In this document: positions 48,108 to 60,747 of the stretch, piece after piece
Layout: each line of letters begins with the position of its first letter
How positions within the stretch are numbered: position 1 is the first letter of the stretch
Source of the DNA: an uncultured Thermoplasmata archaeon
GTDB lineage: Archaea > Thermoplasmatota > Thermoplasmata > UBA10834
Length of the DNA: 64,000 nucleotides
Reading direction: 5' to 3'
Assembly (NCBI GenBank): GCA_963719945.1
Contig: CAVRDX010000001.1
Location: 76,358-140,357, forward strand
Notes under the pieces: generated by a model
What the model saw: only the letters and a program-made list of their open reading frames with translations
Database searches by the model: none
Told to the model about the DNA's origin: nothing
Position numbers and translations under genes: made by a program

Positions 48108-49319
48108 TTATGGGCTAAATTCAGGGCCCTTCAGCCTATCCTTCATGTCAATGACGGAAGTCCCCTCTTTGATCATCTTGGATATCTTCGGCACCCCTTG
48201 CTTCGTGCCCAGGATGATAGCGCCAATGATCTTTCCGTCCTGGATGACATACTTCTTGTAGATGCTCCCGTCCTCGGTCTGAGCCCTGATCTCTTCAAAT
48301 CCAGACTCGGGTGTTTCATGCTCGCTCCTCACCTTTCCTATCGAGGTGAGGTCTAGTCCCATGACCTTGAGCGTGTTGGACGGGACAGTTCCTGTATAAT
48401 CCGGTGCATTCTGGCCACTTATCTTTCTAGCGGCTATTCGGGCCTCCTCAAGAGCAGGCGGTATTATCCCCCATACCTTGCCATCGAACTCAGCGACATC
48501 CCCGATCGCGTAGATATCTGGATCCGAGGTCCTCAGCGAAGAATCCACGACGATCCCTCTGTTGATATCAAGGCCTGCATCTTTCGCGAGTTCGAGGTTC
48601 GGTCTCGCTCCTGCGGATACAACGACCATATCACAATCGATGATCCTTCCATCCTTGAGTCTCACACCAGTCACCGTCTCTTCACCGAGTATCTCTTCCG
48701 TCTCGGCTTTCGTCAGCACGGTCGTACCGAGTTTCTCGATCCATCTCTGGAGTATCTGCGCACCTTCGTGGTCCAACTGTCTCATCAACAGATGCTCCGC
48801 ATACTCAAGTACCGTTATCTTCAATCCAGGAAATCCTGTTGCCAGAGCCCTTGCTCCCTCCAGACCGAGCAGGCCACCTCCGATCATCACTGCGTTCTTG
48901 GAAGTCGCTGCGGCTTCTCTTATCATTATCGCATCGTCCAATGTCCTCAGAGAGAACACTCTCTTCTTAGGGAGGCCTTTGAATGGTGGAACGAAAGCGC
49001 TGGAACCATTTGCAAGTACGAGTTTGTCATAATCGATCCATTCGTCGTTGACCAAGATCTTCTTGGCTCCTCGATCGATCTTGTCCACCTTCGAATCCAG
49101 GATGAGTGTGATGCGGTTCTTGTCATACCATTCGAGTGGATAGAATTGCATCGCATCTTCGTTCACCTCTCCCGCTACGAAGTCTATCAGTTTCGGGCGA
49201 GGATAGTACGACCTACTCTCCTCGGTGAATATTCTGATATCTGCTTCTTGATCTGCATCACGCAGGGTCTTTGCGAAGTTGGTCCCCGCGACATTGTTCC
49301 CTACAACCAGTATCCTCAT
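48108..49319 (-). CDS. FAD/NAD(P)-dependent pyridine nucleotide-disulfide family oxidoreductase
   Basis: ILVVGNNVAGTN (FAD GxGxxG), VMIGGGLLGLEGA (NAD GxGxxG), AIGDVAEF motif. Confidence 0.85.
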   Translation of the reverse strand: MRILVVGNNVAGTNFAKTLRDADQEADIRIFTEESRSYYPRPKLIDFVAGEVNEDAMQFYPLEWYDKNRITLILDSKVDKIDRGAKKILVNDEWIDYDKLVLANGSSAFVPPFKGLPKKRVFSLRTLDDAIMIREAAATSKNAVMIGGGLLGLEGARALATGFPGLKITVLEYAEHLLMRQLDHEGAQILQRWIEKLGTTVLTKAETEEILGEETVTGVRLKDGRIIDCDMVVVSAGARPNLELAKDAGLDINRGIVVDSSLRTSDPDIYAIGDVAEFDGKVWGIIPPALEEARIAARKISGQNAPDYTGTVPSNTLKVMGLDLTSIGKVRSEHETPESGFEEIRAQTEDGSIYKKYVIQDGKIIGAIILGTKQGVPKISKMIKEGTSVIDMKDRLKGPEFSP

Positions 49320-49480
49320 GCAACCACTACCTCTGGCATCTTGTCTGCATTTATGGTATTCTCATCCATTAATCTTGTGCCGGCTTGAAAACGGATGATT
49401 ATTTGTGTTGTCAATCGCCCTGGAAATTCTCAATAAGATTATTATTCATGCAATTCTATTCCTGCCCAGAGGAATTGGGC

Positions 49481-50125
49481 ATGAAGTGTGCGAAGTGCGG
49501 GTCCGACAATCCAGATTATGCGGTCTTCTGTGGAAAATGCGGAAATGATTTGCCCAAGGCATCACCGAGCGTGTCCCGTCCACAAGGGACTGATTCAGCG
49601 TCCGCGGCGGAACCTCGAGCAGTAGCTCAGTGGGCGAAGACCGAGACGAAGTTCTGCAGCAAATGCGGGAAGGAGATAAGCGCAAGTTCGTACACCTGCG
49701 AATTCTGTGGCCAGCGTCCATGGAGTGATATTGCGACCAAGTGGGAGCAAGTGTACGACTCACAGTATACATATTCAGACTCAGAATCGTCTTCATCCAG
49801 ATCTGACTCCAATGGCCCTGTGATCGGTGGGATAATGGCGATACTTGCGGGGCTTTTCGCAATAGGTCAGGGATTGCTCTATATTGCTGGCGCTACGATG
49901 ATTGATGTTCCAGGAGTCGGGTCGCTCTGCTTCTGTGGCGGTGTCGATTTCGTGTTCGGAATTGCATCAACCATTGGCGGAGCCTTGGCCCTAAAGCGAA
50001 GTAATTTCGGGATTGCCATGCTTGGAGCAGTCCTGGGAATGCTGGGCGTGGGTTTCATAATCGGGTTCTTGTTCGGATTGATTGCGGTGATACTCTTGGC
50101 AACATCACACAATGATTTCGATTGA
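49481..50125 (+). CDS. double zinc-ribbon membrane protein (paralog A)
   Basis: MKCAKCGSDNPDYAVFCGKCG and CSKCG...CEFCG ribbons, then three C-terminal TM helices. Confidence 0.7.
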   Translation: MKCAKCGSDNPDYAVFCGKCGNDLPKASPSVSRPQGTDSASAAEPRAVAQWAKTETKFCSKCGKEISASSYTCEFCGQRPWSDIATKWEQVYDSQYTYSDSESSSSRSDSNGPVIGGIMAILAGLFAIGQGLLYIAGATMIDVPGVGSLCFCGGVDFVFGIASTIGGALALKRSNFGIAMLGAVLGMLGVGFIIGFLFGLIAVILLATSHNDFD

Positions 50126-50129
50126 CGCA

Positions 50130-50831
50130 ATGATCCATGAGGGTTTGTGTAGAGGCATGATAATCTGTGGCAAATGCGGCAAGAATAACCCCGAGGATTC
50201 GAGGTTCTGCAACTCGTGTGGTTCCCGGTTTGAGCTACATGAAGTGCGTCCGGCTATCGAGATGATTCCGGGGGAACAGCCGTGCCCACGATGCGGTAGT
50301 GGTGTACCTCCGTACATGGATTTCTGTCCCAAATGCGCTACATCATTGACACCGCTGAGACAGCTGCATGAACCAGAACGCAGATGCTCTAAATGCGGAA
50401 GAATCCTTGAGCTTGGATCGGATGGATCGACGGTATGCCCCGTATGCATATGGGATCGTGCAGATTCGGAAAACGTTACCCAAGAACCAAAGAGCGGCGA
50501 CAGGCCAATAATCGTTGGGGTCCTGCTTTCAGCGGTGTTCATCCTGTCGATGATTTCCAGCATCCCCCTGCTACTGGTTTCAGGGAATTTGGAGGATACA
50601 TCTCCTATCGATGTCTCTGGTTTCGTGACTTGTTGTCTCGTGATCATCTGGTTCGCATCGATATCCGCCCTGCTTGGCGCCATACTGTCCTTCAGACGGT
50701 CGAATTATACTCTCGTGGTCTTGGCAGCGGCCTTCGGCATGCTGAGCATCGGTCCGTTCTATCTCGCGTCGTTGTTGAGTCTGATAGCGATGATCATCGC
50801 GGCCCTCTCGAAGGATGATTACAGGTCCTGA
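50130..50831 (+). CDS. multi zinc-ribbon membrane protein (paralog B)
   Basis: CGKCG..CNSCG, CPRCG..CPKC, CSKCG..CPVC ribbons, then three TM helices. Start is either ATG 50130 (4 nt after the previous stop) or ATG 50157. Confidence 0.7.
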   Translation: MIHEGLCRGMIICGKCGKNNPEDSRFCNSCGSRFELHEVRPAIEMIPGEQPCPRCGSGVPPYMDFCPKCATSLTPLRQLHEPERRCSKCGRILELGSDGSTVCPVCIWDRADSENVTQEPKSGDRPIIVGVLLSAVFILSMISSIPLLLVSGNLEDTSPIDVSGFVTCCLVIIWFASISALLGAILSFRRSNYTLVVLAAAFGMLSIGPFYLASLLSLIAMIIAALSKDDYRS

Positions 50832-50968
50832 AGAACGCGGAGCCATTCACTCGCTGGCATGGCTCACGCTAACTCATAAAAAATGAGAAGCTTGGAAGGA
50901 AACAGCAGATATCTCATGTGCAATCCGTATAACGGCTGAGCCGAAATTGCTAAACCAACATGCGTATA

Positions 50969-53891
<2,923 letters not shown>

Positions 53892-54246
53892 ATGCTTGTC
53901 GGCTCAGCACACGTCCGGATTGCACATGATCGGTATTCACCGGGGCCCGCAGGTCCTTCCGTCCCGTTGCCCCTCAACCATCTTCCCCGGTCCATAAATG
54001 GCCGAGTGCACGATTCCCCATCCTTATACAAGACGACGATTCCATACATAGGAATTGTGCCTCGCCATAGGCTGGGGTATCCCGCTATGTTTGGTCCTGT
54101 ATAAAAGCGTTGCCGTGCCTGTTTGAAACCCCATAATCGACGATGGCAAACGGGTCGGCATCGCTATCGTTTATCGACATCGACCGAAACACCGAAATGT
54201 TGATTTGTCCAGTCGTTCATGGCGCATTAGGATGGGGTGAGATTTA

Positions 54247-54987
54247 TTGACTTCTGAACAACCAGAGACCCGCGCAGATGAAGTGGTAGAAGCTTCCGAA
54301 GGGCCCAAGGCTTCTGAGCCCGCACCTTCGCCTCCCACGGATGCTGGCATCAGCCAAACCGACCCTACATCGACCCATGGTGAGGAATGGATGGAGGAAT
54401 ATGAGGCCGAGAAGAAGCCGCGGAGGAAGATACCTCATCTCCTTGGCATCAGCATCGCTGTGGCAATCGTGCTCATGCTGGTCATCTGGACGTTGCTCAG
54501 TCCTCAGGTCCTCCCCGTTTCCGGAGAGACCTACCTGCGCTCTTCCACGTACGCAAGCCTTGGGAACTACAGCGGGGACCTGGATATCAAATGGTTGTTG
54601 AACGCGGTCCATGTCGCCGACACCACTTGGGGCGTTTCGATAGCTGGTGATCCACAAGCCGCATCAGGGGCTGTCGTGACGTTCAATGTGCTCATCACCA
54701 AGGTGAGCGAGGAGATGAAGAACCCGTGGTTCGTCGGGACTTCCATAAAGCTCAAGGATGCTGCACTCTTCACGGAGGACGGAACAGAGGTCGGGACCAT
54801 GGTCAGCCGGTCGAGCGAAAGGTTCGGGACCATCGCGGAGATTGAGGCGACATTCGATTCGCCCGGGAATTACACCTGTTACGTATACACGGAGATCACA
54901 ATATACGGCAAGATGCTGGTCGGTTACGTCCCGGTGAAGGTTCTGCGCATGACCGCATATCTTGACGCGGATATGATCGTCACATAG
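54247..54987 (+). CDS. hypothetical type-II membrane protein (acidic N-terminus, one TM, beta-rich ectodomain)
   Basis: 246 aa, TTG start. TM LLGISIAVAIVLMLVIWTLL. No family recognised. Confidence 0.55.
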   Translation: MTSEQPETRADEVVEASEGPKASEPAPSPPTDAGISQTDPTSTHGEEWMEEYEAEKKPRRKIPHLLGISIAVAIVLMLVIWTLLSPQVLPVSGETYLRSSTYASLGNYSGDLDIKWLLNAVHVADTTWGVSIAGDPQAASGAVVTFNVLITKVSEEMKNPWFVGTSIKLKDAALFTEDGTEVGTMVSRSSERFGTIAEIEATFDSPGNYTCYVYTEITIYGKMLVGYVPVKVLRMTAYLDADMIVT

Positions 54988-55054
54988 GCGTGCGTCGCGC
55001 TCATCCTACGTTAATAGTTGATATATAGTGTAGCGGGCATCGGAGCTGATAGCC

Positions 55055-55696
55055 ATGACTATGGAACTGATACTCATCCGACACGGCGAGACCGAATGGA
55101 ACAAGGATAAGGTCTTCCGAGGTCAGATGGACATGCGATTGAACGCTACAGGCATCGTCCAGGCGGATGCGGTCGCAGACCTGTTGAAAGACAGGGTTTT
55201 CGATGCGATATACACGAGCCCGTTGAAACGCGCCGTCGTGACTGCTCGCAGGATTGCAAAACCCCATGGCATCGAGGCCCGGGAGGCACCGGGTCTGACC
55301 GACATGCACTTCGGTAGGTGGCAGGGGCTCACCGAGACCCAGGTGAACGAGAAATTTTCCTCGGCCTACAGGAAATGGAACACCAACCCTGCCTGGATGA
55401 AAGTTCCTGGAGGGGAGAGCACCAGGAGAGCCTGGAAGAGGATAAACAGCCAGCTGAGGGAGATCCTGTTCATGCACGGTACTGGGACCGTGGTCATCGT
55501 GTCCCACAGGGTACCTCTGAAGATGATGACCGCTTACCTCCTCAAGATGAAGAGAGGTGAGATAACGAAGATAAAGCACGACCCTTGTGCGATATCGGTC
55601 TTCGATGTGCCCGACCGATACAGTGTCAAGGCGGTGACTCTCAACGAATCTAGCCACCTGAAGAAATTGGAGCTGCCACCAGCCGAAGACTTCTGA
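55055..55696 (+). CDS. histidine phosphatase family protein (phosphoglycerate mutase-like)
   Basis: LILIRHGETEWN catalytic RHG motif and a later VIVSHRVPL (H) motif. Confidence 0.88.
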   Translation: MTMELILIRHGETEWNKDKVFRGQMDMRLNATGIVQADAVADLLKDRVFDAIYTSPLKRAVVTARRIAKPHGIEAREAPGLTDMHFGRWQGLTETQVNEKFSSAYRKWNTNPAWMKVPGGESTRRAWKRINSQLREILFMHGTGTVVIVSHRVPLKMMTAYLLKMKRGEITKIKHDPCAISVFDVPDRYSVKAVTLNESSHLKKLELPPAEDF

Positions 55697-55704
55697 AGGA
55701 CATC

Positions 55705-56403
55705 TCAGAGATATCTCGCAAGTGAATCCAAGTTCGTTATGCGCTGGTATTGCGAATCGGGGAACGCCTCGTTCCTATCGACCAGGATTGCCTTCATGCC
55801 TGCGCCAATCGCACCCACTATGTCGATGGACGGCTTGTCGCCCAGGAAGAGCGACCTGTGCGCCTTGGTCCCCGCCATCTCGAGCGCGATCTCGAATATC
55901 CTTTTGTCCGGTTTCCTCACACCGACCTCGTCGGATATCACGATGAAATCGAAGTACTTCTCCATGTCCAGGTTCGCGAGAACCCTTCTTGCGAGCTCGG
56001 TCGCGTTGGACACGAGGCCGACCATGAGTCCCCTCTTCTTCGTTGCGATGAGCGTCGGTATCGCGTCTGGGTATGGCACCCAGCTCTCTACTTTCATCGC
56101 GTGGGTCCTGAACTCCTTGGATATGTCCTTCGAGAAAGTCTCCAGGTCGATGGCCGACCCTATCTCATCCAGCACTATCCTGTCGTAATCGTTCCAGAAT
56201 GATGTTTCATCCTTTCCATGGAGCTTGGAGAAAGCCAGGTCAGTAACTCTTTCGGCCTTGCGCATGGCAAGAATCAGTCTGGTATCATCGATGTCTTCGC
56301 CATTGGATGAGAGCACTGTTGAGATCAGATCCTTATGTGTGGGGTTGAGGTCCCAGAGGACTCCCCCCGCATCGAACATGACTGCATCGTACTCTTCAGT
56401 CAT
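55705..56403 (-). CDS. HAD-superfamily hydrolase
   Basis: Motif I AVMFDAGGVLWD, motif II GLVSNA, motif IV LFLGDKPSIDIVGA. Confidence 0.85.
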   Translation of the reverse strand: MTEEYDAVMFDAGGVLWDLNPTHKDLISTVLSSNGEDIDDTRLILAMRKAERVTDLAFSKLHGKDETSFWNDYDRIVLDEIGSAIDLETFSKDISKEFRTHAMKVESWVPYPDAIPTLIATKKRGLMVGLVSNATELARRVLANLDMEKYFDFIVISDEVGVRKPDKRIFEIALEMAGTKAHRSLFLGDKPSIDIVGAIGAGMKAILVDRNEAFPDSQYQRITNLDSLARYL

Positions 56404-56458
56404 GGCTATCTCGAGGGTATCTCATCGTATGTAATGGTGTTGCCCTCTTGACCCAAGT

Positions 56459-57316
56459 TCATCTGATCAGTTCTGGCACATCCGTCGGGATCCTGGCGAC
56501 TTTCACTCCAGCGGCTTCGAGTGCGGTGATCTTGCTCTCCGCGGTCCCTCTGCCTCTGGCGATTATTGCGCCTGCATGTCCCATCCTCTTGCCTGGAGGC
56601 GCAGTCCTTCCGGCGATGTATGCGACTACGGGCTTGGTCACGTTCTTCTTGATGAACTCCGCGGCCTCCTCCTCGGCGGTGCCTCCGATCTCGCCGACCA
56701 TCACGATCTTCTTGGTCAACGGATCGTTCTGGAACTTTGCCAGCACATCCACGAAGTTCGTTCCCGGGACCCTGTCCCCTCCTATGCCGACACAGGTCGA
56801 TTGTCCGATGCCTTGCTCGGTCATCGCGTTGACGATCTCGTATGTCAAGGTGCCTGATCTGGAGACCACGCCCACGTCGCCTTTCATGAATATCTTGCTG
56901 GGCAGGATGCCTACTTTCCCAAGTCCAGGCGATGCCAAGCCTGGACAGTTGGGTCCTATCAGCACGACCCCTCTGCTTCTGGCCACTGCGACGAAATGTA
57001 TCGCATCATGGACCGGTACATGTTCGGTGACCGCGACGATGGTCTTGATGCCAGCGTCAATCGCTTCCATCACGGAATCGCGTGTGAAAGGCGCGGGGAC
57101 GAATATGCAGGAAGTATTGGCTCCAGTCTTGGCGACTGCATCGGCGACCGAGTCGAAGACCGGTATGTCATTGACCATCTGGCCTGCCTTCCCTGGGGTG
57201 ACCCCAGCGACCACCTTCGTTCCGAAATCCTTCATCGCTTTCGAGTGATATGTTCCCTGGTAGCCAGTTATGCCCTGGACTACCACCTTGGTGTTGGAAT
57301 CTACAATGACTGCCAT
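56459..57316 (-). CDS. sucD: succinate--CoA ligase (ADP-forming) alpha subunit
   Basis: VVVQGITGYQGTYH, GPNCPGL, SRSGTLTYE, MGHAGAI (catalytic His) motifs. Confidence 0.96.
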   Translation of the reverse strand: MAVIVDSNTKVVVQGITGYQGTYHSKAMKDFGTKVVAGVTPGKAGQMVNDIPVFDSVADAVAKTGANTSCIFVPAPFTRDSVMEAIDAGIKTIVAVTEHVPVHDAIHFVAVARSRGVVLIGPNCPGLASPGLGKVGILPSKIFMKGDVGVVSRSGTLTYEIVNAMTEQGIGQSTCVGIGGDRVPGTNFVDVLAKFQNDPLTKKIVMVGEIGGTAEEEAAEFIKKNVTKPVVAYIAGRTAPPGKRMGHAGAIIARGRGTAESKITALEAAGVKVARIPTDVPELIR

Positions 57317-57320
57317 AGTA

Positions 57321-58424
57321 TCACCTCAGTGACTCCTTCGAGGCCTTCTCAGCGGCCTCGCTCAGCCCAGATGCAGGTATCATCCCAGCGTTCCTGAGCA
57401 TATCTCGCGCCAGCTCCTCGTTCACTCCCTTGATACGCGCGACTATGGGTACCTTGGTCTTGATGTCCTTGATAGCTTCAAGCACACCTTTGGCGACCGT
57501 GTCGCACTTCGTGATCCCGCCGAATATGTTCAGCAGGATGACCTTCGGCTTCGCCTCTCCCATGAGCTGCATGGCCTCCCTGACCTTCTCTGGGTCGTCG
57601 GTGCCTCCGAGGTCAAGGAACACGCCTGCCTTGCCCCCGAACATATTGATGCTGTCCAATGTGGCCATCGTGAGTCCAGCACCGTTGGCGATAACACCTA
57701 TGTTTCCGTCCAATTGCACGAATGCGATGTCGAGCTTCTTCGCCTTCGCTTCCAAAGGCGTGAGGTCTTCCTCCAGCTCGTCATATTCCTTGTGCCTGAA
57801 CATGGCATCGGAATCGATGGTTATCTTGGCGTCACCGGCGACGACCTTGCCGTCCTTCGTGATAACGAGCGGATTGATCTCGACCAACTCCGCATCCTCG
57901 CTCTCGGCCAGCTCATAGATCTTGGATACGATGCCCATAACCTGGACTCCCTGCTCTTTTGGCAGTCCAAGGAAGCTGGCGACCCGTCTGCCGATGAATT
58001 GCTGATATCCCATCAGCGGGTCGATCGGAAGCATCAGCAGCTTGTCATCGGGAACGGATTCGATATCCATCCCTCCACTTGCGGATGCCATCAGAAGCAT
58101 GCCACGGCGGCTTCTATCAATTGTCATTCCCAGATACAGCTCTTTGTCGACATCGAGCCGCTGCTCCAGGAGCACCTGCTTCGTGATGTATCCCTTGATG
58201 TTCATGCCTAGGATTGCGGAGGCGACCTTCTTCGCTTCGGCGACGGTCTTCGCGGGCTTTATGCCGCCCGCCTTGCCTCTTCCTCCTATCAATACCTGAG
58301 CCTTCACCATGACGGGACCTGGCAATGCCTTGATCTCGTCCGGCGAGGACACGACCTGTCCGATCGGGATCGGTATGCCGTGCTTCCTCATCAGCTCCTT
58401 GGCTTTGAACTCATACAGTTTCAT
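57321..58424 (-). CDS. sucC: succinate--CoA ligase (ADP-forming) beta subunit
   Basis: From ATG 58424: MKLYEFKAKELMRKHGIPIP..., VMVKAQVLIGGRGKAGGIK, NIFGGITKCD. Confidence 0.95.
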   Translation of the reverse strand: MKLYEFKAKELMRKHGIPIPIGQVVSSPDEIKALPGPVMVKAQVLIGGRGKAGGIKPAKTVAEAKKVASAILGMNIKGYITKQVLLEQRLDVDKELYLGMTIDRSRRGMLLMASASGGMDIESVPDDKLLMLPIDPLMGYQQFIGRRVASFLGLPKEQGVQVMGIVSKIYELAESEDAELVEINPLVITKDGKVVAGDAKITIDSDAMFRHKEYDELEEDLTPLEAKAKKLDIAFVQLDGNIGVIANGAGLTMATLDSINMFGGKAGVFLDLGGTDDPEKVREAMQLMGEAKPKVILLNIFGGITKCDTVAKGVLEAIKDIKTKVPIVARIKGVNEELARDMLRNAGMIPASGLSEAAEKASKESLR

Positions 58425-58498
58425 CTCAGATTCGCCTTCGCTCGTAAGCGGGAACAACTGTATTTAGCAATTATCACGAGACAGATATTCATGTTCCT

Positions 58499-59152
58499 AT
58501 GGCCATGATTGTGCAACCTCGTCGAAAGGCTTATCAGACATCCATCCAATCAACCAGCCCTATGCAGCGAGATGTGAAGATTGAAACTTTGATCGTGTTG
58601 TCTGCGTTGGTGTTCGCCACTCTCGCTGTGACCATGTTCCTCGTGCCTTTCGAGGACAATAATACCAGGATATTCTTCGTGAGCCTCGCCGCGATCCTCG
58701 TTTCGATTAACATAGCCGGGTTCTTCATGGTCTGGAGCTCCTCCCCAACCATAGTGGACGAGATATTCCTGATGACGCCTGACGGACGTCTTTTGAAGCA
58801 TTACACCCGCCGGCTGAGGCCCGACCAGGATGAGGACATCCTCGCAGGTATGCTCACAGCCGTGCAGAACTTCATACGTGAGAGTTTCGATGAGAGCGGC
58901 GGGCGGCTGAAGGAAATACGTTTCGAACACTACGATATCGTGATATCCCACTCGAAGAACGTCGTCATCGCAGCGATAATATCCACCAAGAAGCCAGAGA
59001 AGCTCAGGCTGCAGCTGACCATGGTCACGGACGACCTCGAGAAGCACTTCGGAAGCAAGCTCAAGAACTGGGGAGGCGACAAGGCGGATCTGACCGGTGT
59101 GGATATCATAATGAAGAAGCTTCTGAGTGGGAAGTATCGAAAGCCCCTCTGA
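58499..59152 (+). CDS. membrane-anchored alpha/beta-domain protein, putative partner of the adjacent small GTPase (Roadblock/longin-like is a guess)
   Basis: Two N-terminal TM helices, then IFLMTPDGRLLKHY....DEDILAGMLTAVQNFIRESF....LKEIRFEHYDIVISHSKNVVIAAII. This beta-alpha-beta-beta-alpha pattern resembles small regulatory domains found next to prokaryotic Ras-like GTPases. Confidence 0.55.
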   Translation: MAMIVQPRRKAYQTSIQSTSPMQRDVKIETLIVLSALVFATLAVTMFLVPFEDNNTRIFFVSLAAILVSINIAGFFMVWSSSPTIVDEIFLMTPDGRLLKHYTRRLRPDQDEDILAGMLTAVQNFIRESFDESGGRLKEIRFEHYDIVISHSKNVVIAAIISTKKPEKLRLQLTMVTDDLEKHFGSKLKNWGGDKADLTGVDIIMKKLLSGKYRKPL

Positions 59153-59217
59153 TGATAAAAAGCTTTTAAGCCATCCACTGCCTATTGCGCTCCTGGATGG
59201 AGCTTAAGGAGCTTCTG

Positions 59218-60013
59218 ATGAAAGTCGTCCTCCTGGGCGACGGCGCAGTAGGCAAGACATCCCTTATAGCCAGGTATGTCGTCAACAAGTTCGATGACAA
59301 GTACATCGCTACAATTGGTACCAAAGTGTCCAAGAAGGACATGCAGCTGACGAAGCCCAACCTTATAATCAACCTCAGATTGATGATATGGGACATCCTG
59401 GGTCAGAAGGAATATGCCAAGATCCGGAGTGCGAGCTTGAGCGGTGCCCAGGGAGTCATCGTCGTGGGAGACCTCACTCGGCCCGAGACCGTCCAGGCGA
59501 TCGAGACTTTTTGGCTCCGAGAGGTCGGGAGCATCGTGGGCAAGGTTCCGACCATACTCCTCGGGAACAAGGCGGACATTGCGGACATGACATCGATGTC
59601 CATCACCACCCTCGAGTCTATGGGGCAGAAGCTCGGATGCCCGATATTCCTCACGAGCGCCAGGACTGGCGAGAACTGTCGAGGCTGCGTTCGACGCGCT
59701 TGCGCAGATGTTGGTCGAGGACGTGGTGGCCCGCAGGATGAAGGCTGAAGAGGACGCACCCCAATCGCTCGCAGAGGTTGTGGATTTTATCATTCAGGAT
59801 TTTTGTGCCCAATACGGTGATCTCGAGAAGGCTATGCTGATAGTCCAACACCAGTTCGAGGAGGCGGAAGTGGACATAAGGAAGCCGAACAAGGATGCGG
59901 TCCTCCAGGCGCTGGAAGGCCTTGCGAAGGCAGAGGAGCTCTCGCTCACCAAGACCGTCGCCCTCGTGAACCTGGAAGAGCGCCAGAAGCTCGTAGTGCT
60001 GGCGAAAGGCTAG
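59218..60013 (+). CDS. Ras/Rab-like small GTPase with a roughly 100-aa helical C-terminal extension; interrupted by an apparent 1-nt insertion at 59677
   Basis: G1 GDGAVGKTS, G3 WDILGQ, G4 GNKAD, G5 TSAR. Skipping T59677 restores TGENVEAAFDALAQMLVEDV, the canonical Ras-family continuation, and joins ORFs 59185-59748 and 59708-60013. ATG 59218 follows AAGGAG. Confidence 0.8.
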
Positions 60014-60099
60014 GATATCTGGATTCGCTGTCGAAAATAGGAAGCCCAACCAAGTCGGAGGCCAAGGTTTTATAAGGCTCGAGCCATCCGGATTCTGGA

Positions 60100-60747
60100 A
60101 TGAAGGTCCACTACATAGCAGGGGTGGCGTACGACAGCAACGTGTACCTTCTGGAAGATGACGACCCGATCCTCGTGGATGCGGGCACCGGCATGAATGT
60201 CGATACGACTCTGGAGGAGGTGTCTAGGATAGTTCCTCTGAAGGATATCGGCCGTGTGGTGCTCACGCACAGTCACTACGACCATATGGGCGGGGCCGAG
60301 GCGATCCAGAAGGCGACGGGCGCGAAGCTATACCTGCACGAGATAGAATCGGATCTGATATCGGCTGGAGATACCTCTCTGACCGTGTCACAGATGTTCG
60401 GCATGAAATTCGCCAATCTAGATGTCGAGCCGCTCAAGACCGGCCAGAAACTCAAGTGCGGTTCTGCTGAGCTGGAGGTCCTTCACACCCCTGGTCATTC
60501 GCCAGGTTCCATAACGCTCCTTGACCGGACAGGCATGTCTGCGATCGTGGGTGACACCGTGTTCTGCGACGGAGGAGTCGGTCGGTGGGACCTTCCGGGC
60601 GGGGACCTGTCTGAGCTCAGATCTTCCCTGATTCGATTGAAAGGGCTGGGACTGAAGAACATGTACCCTGGTCATGGGTCATACGCCGAGGGTGATGCGC
60701 AATATCATCTCAAGCTCTCGACGGAGTACATATCGGAGGCATACTGA
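60100..60747 (+). CDS. MBL-fold metallo-hydrolase
   Basis: THSHYDHMGG metal-binding motif and later HTPGHSPGS. Confidence 0.88.
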   Translation: MKVHYIAGVAYDSNVYLLEDDDPILVDAGTGMNVDTTLEEVSRIVPLKDIGRVVLTHSHYDHMGGAEAIQKATGAKLYLHEIESDLISAGDTSLTVSQMFGMKFANLDVEPLKTGQKLKCGSAELEVLHTPGHSPGSITLLDRTGMSAIVGDTVFCDGGVGRWDLPGGDLSELRSSLIRLKGLGLKNMYPGHGSYAEGDAQYHLKLSTEYISEAY

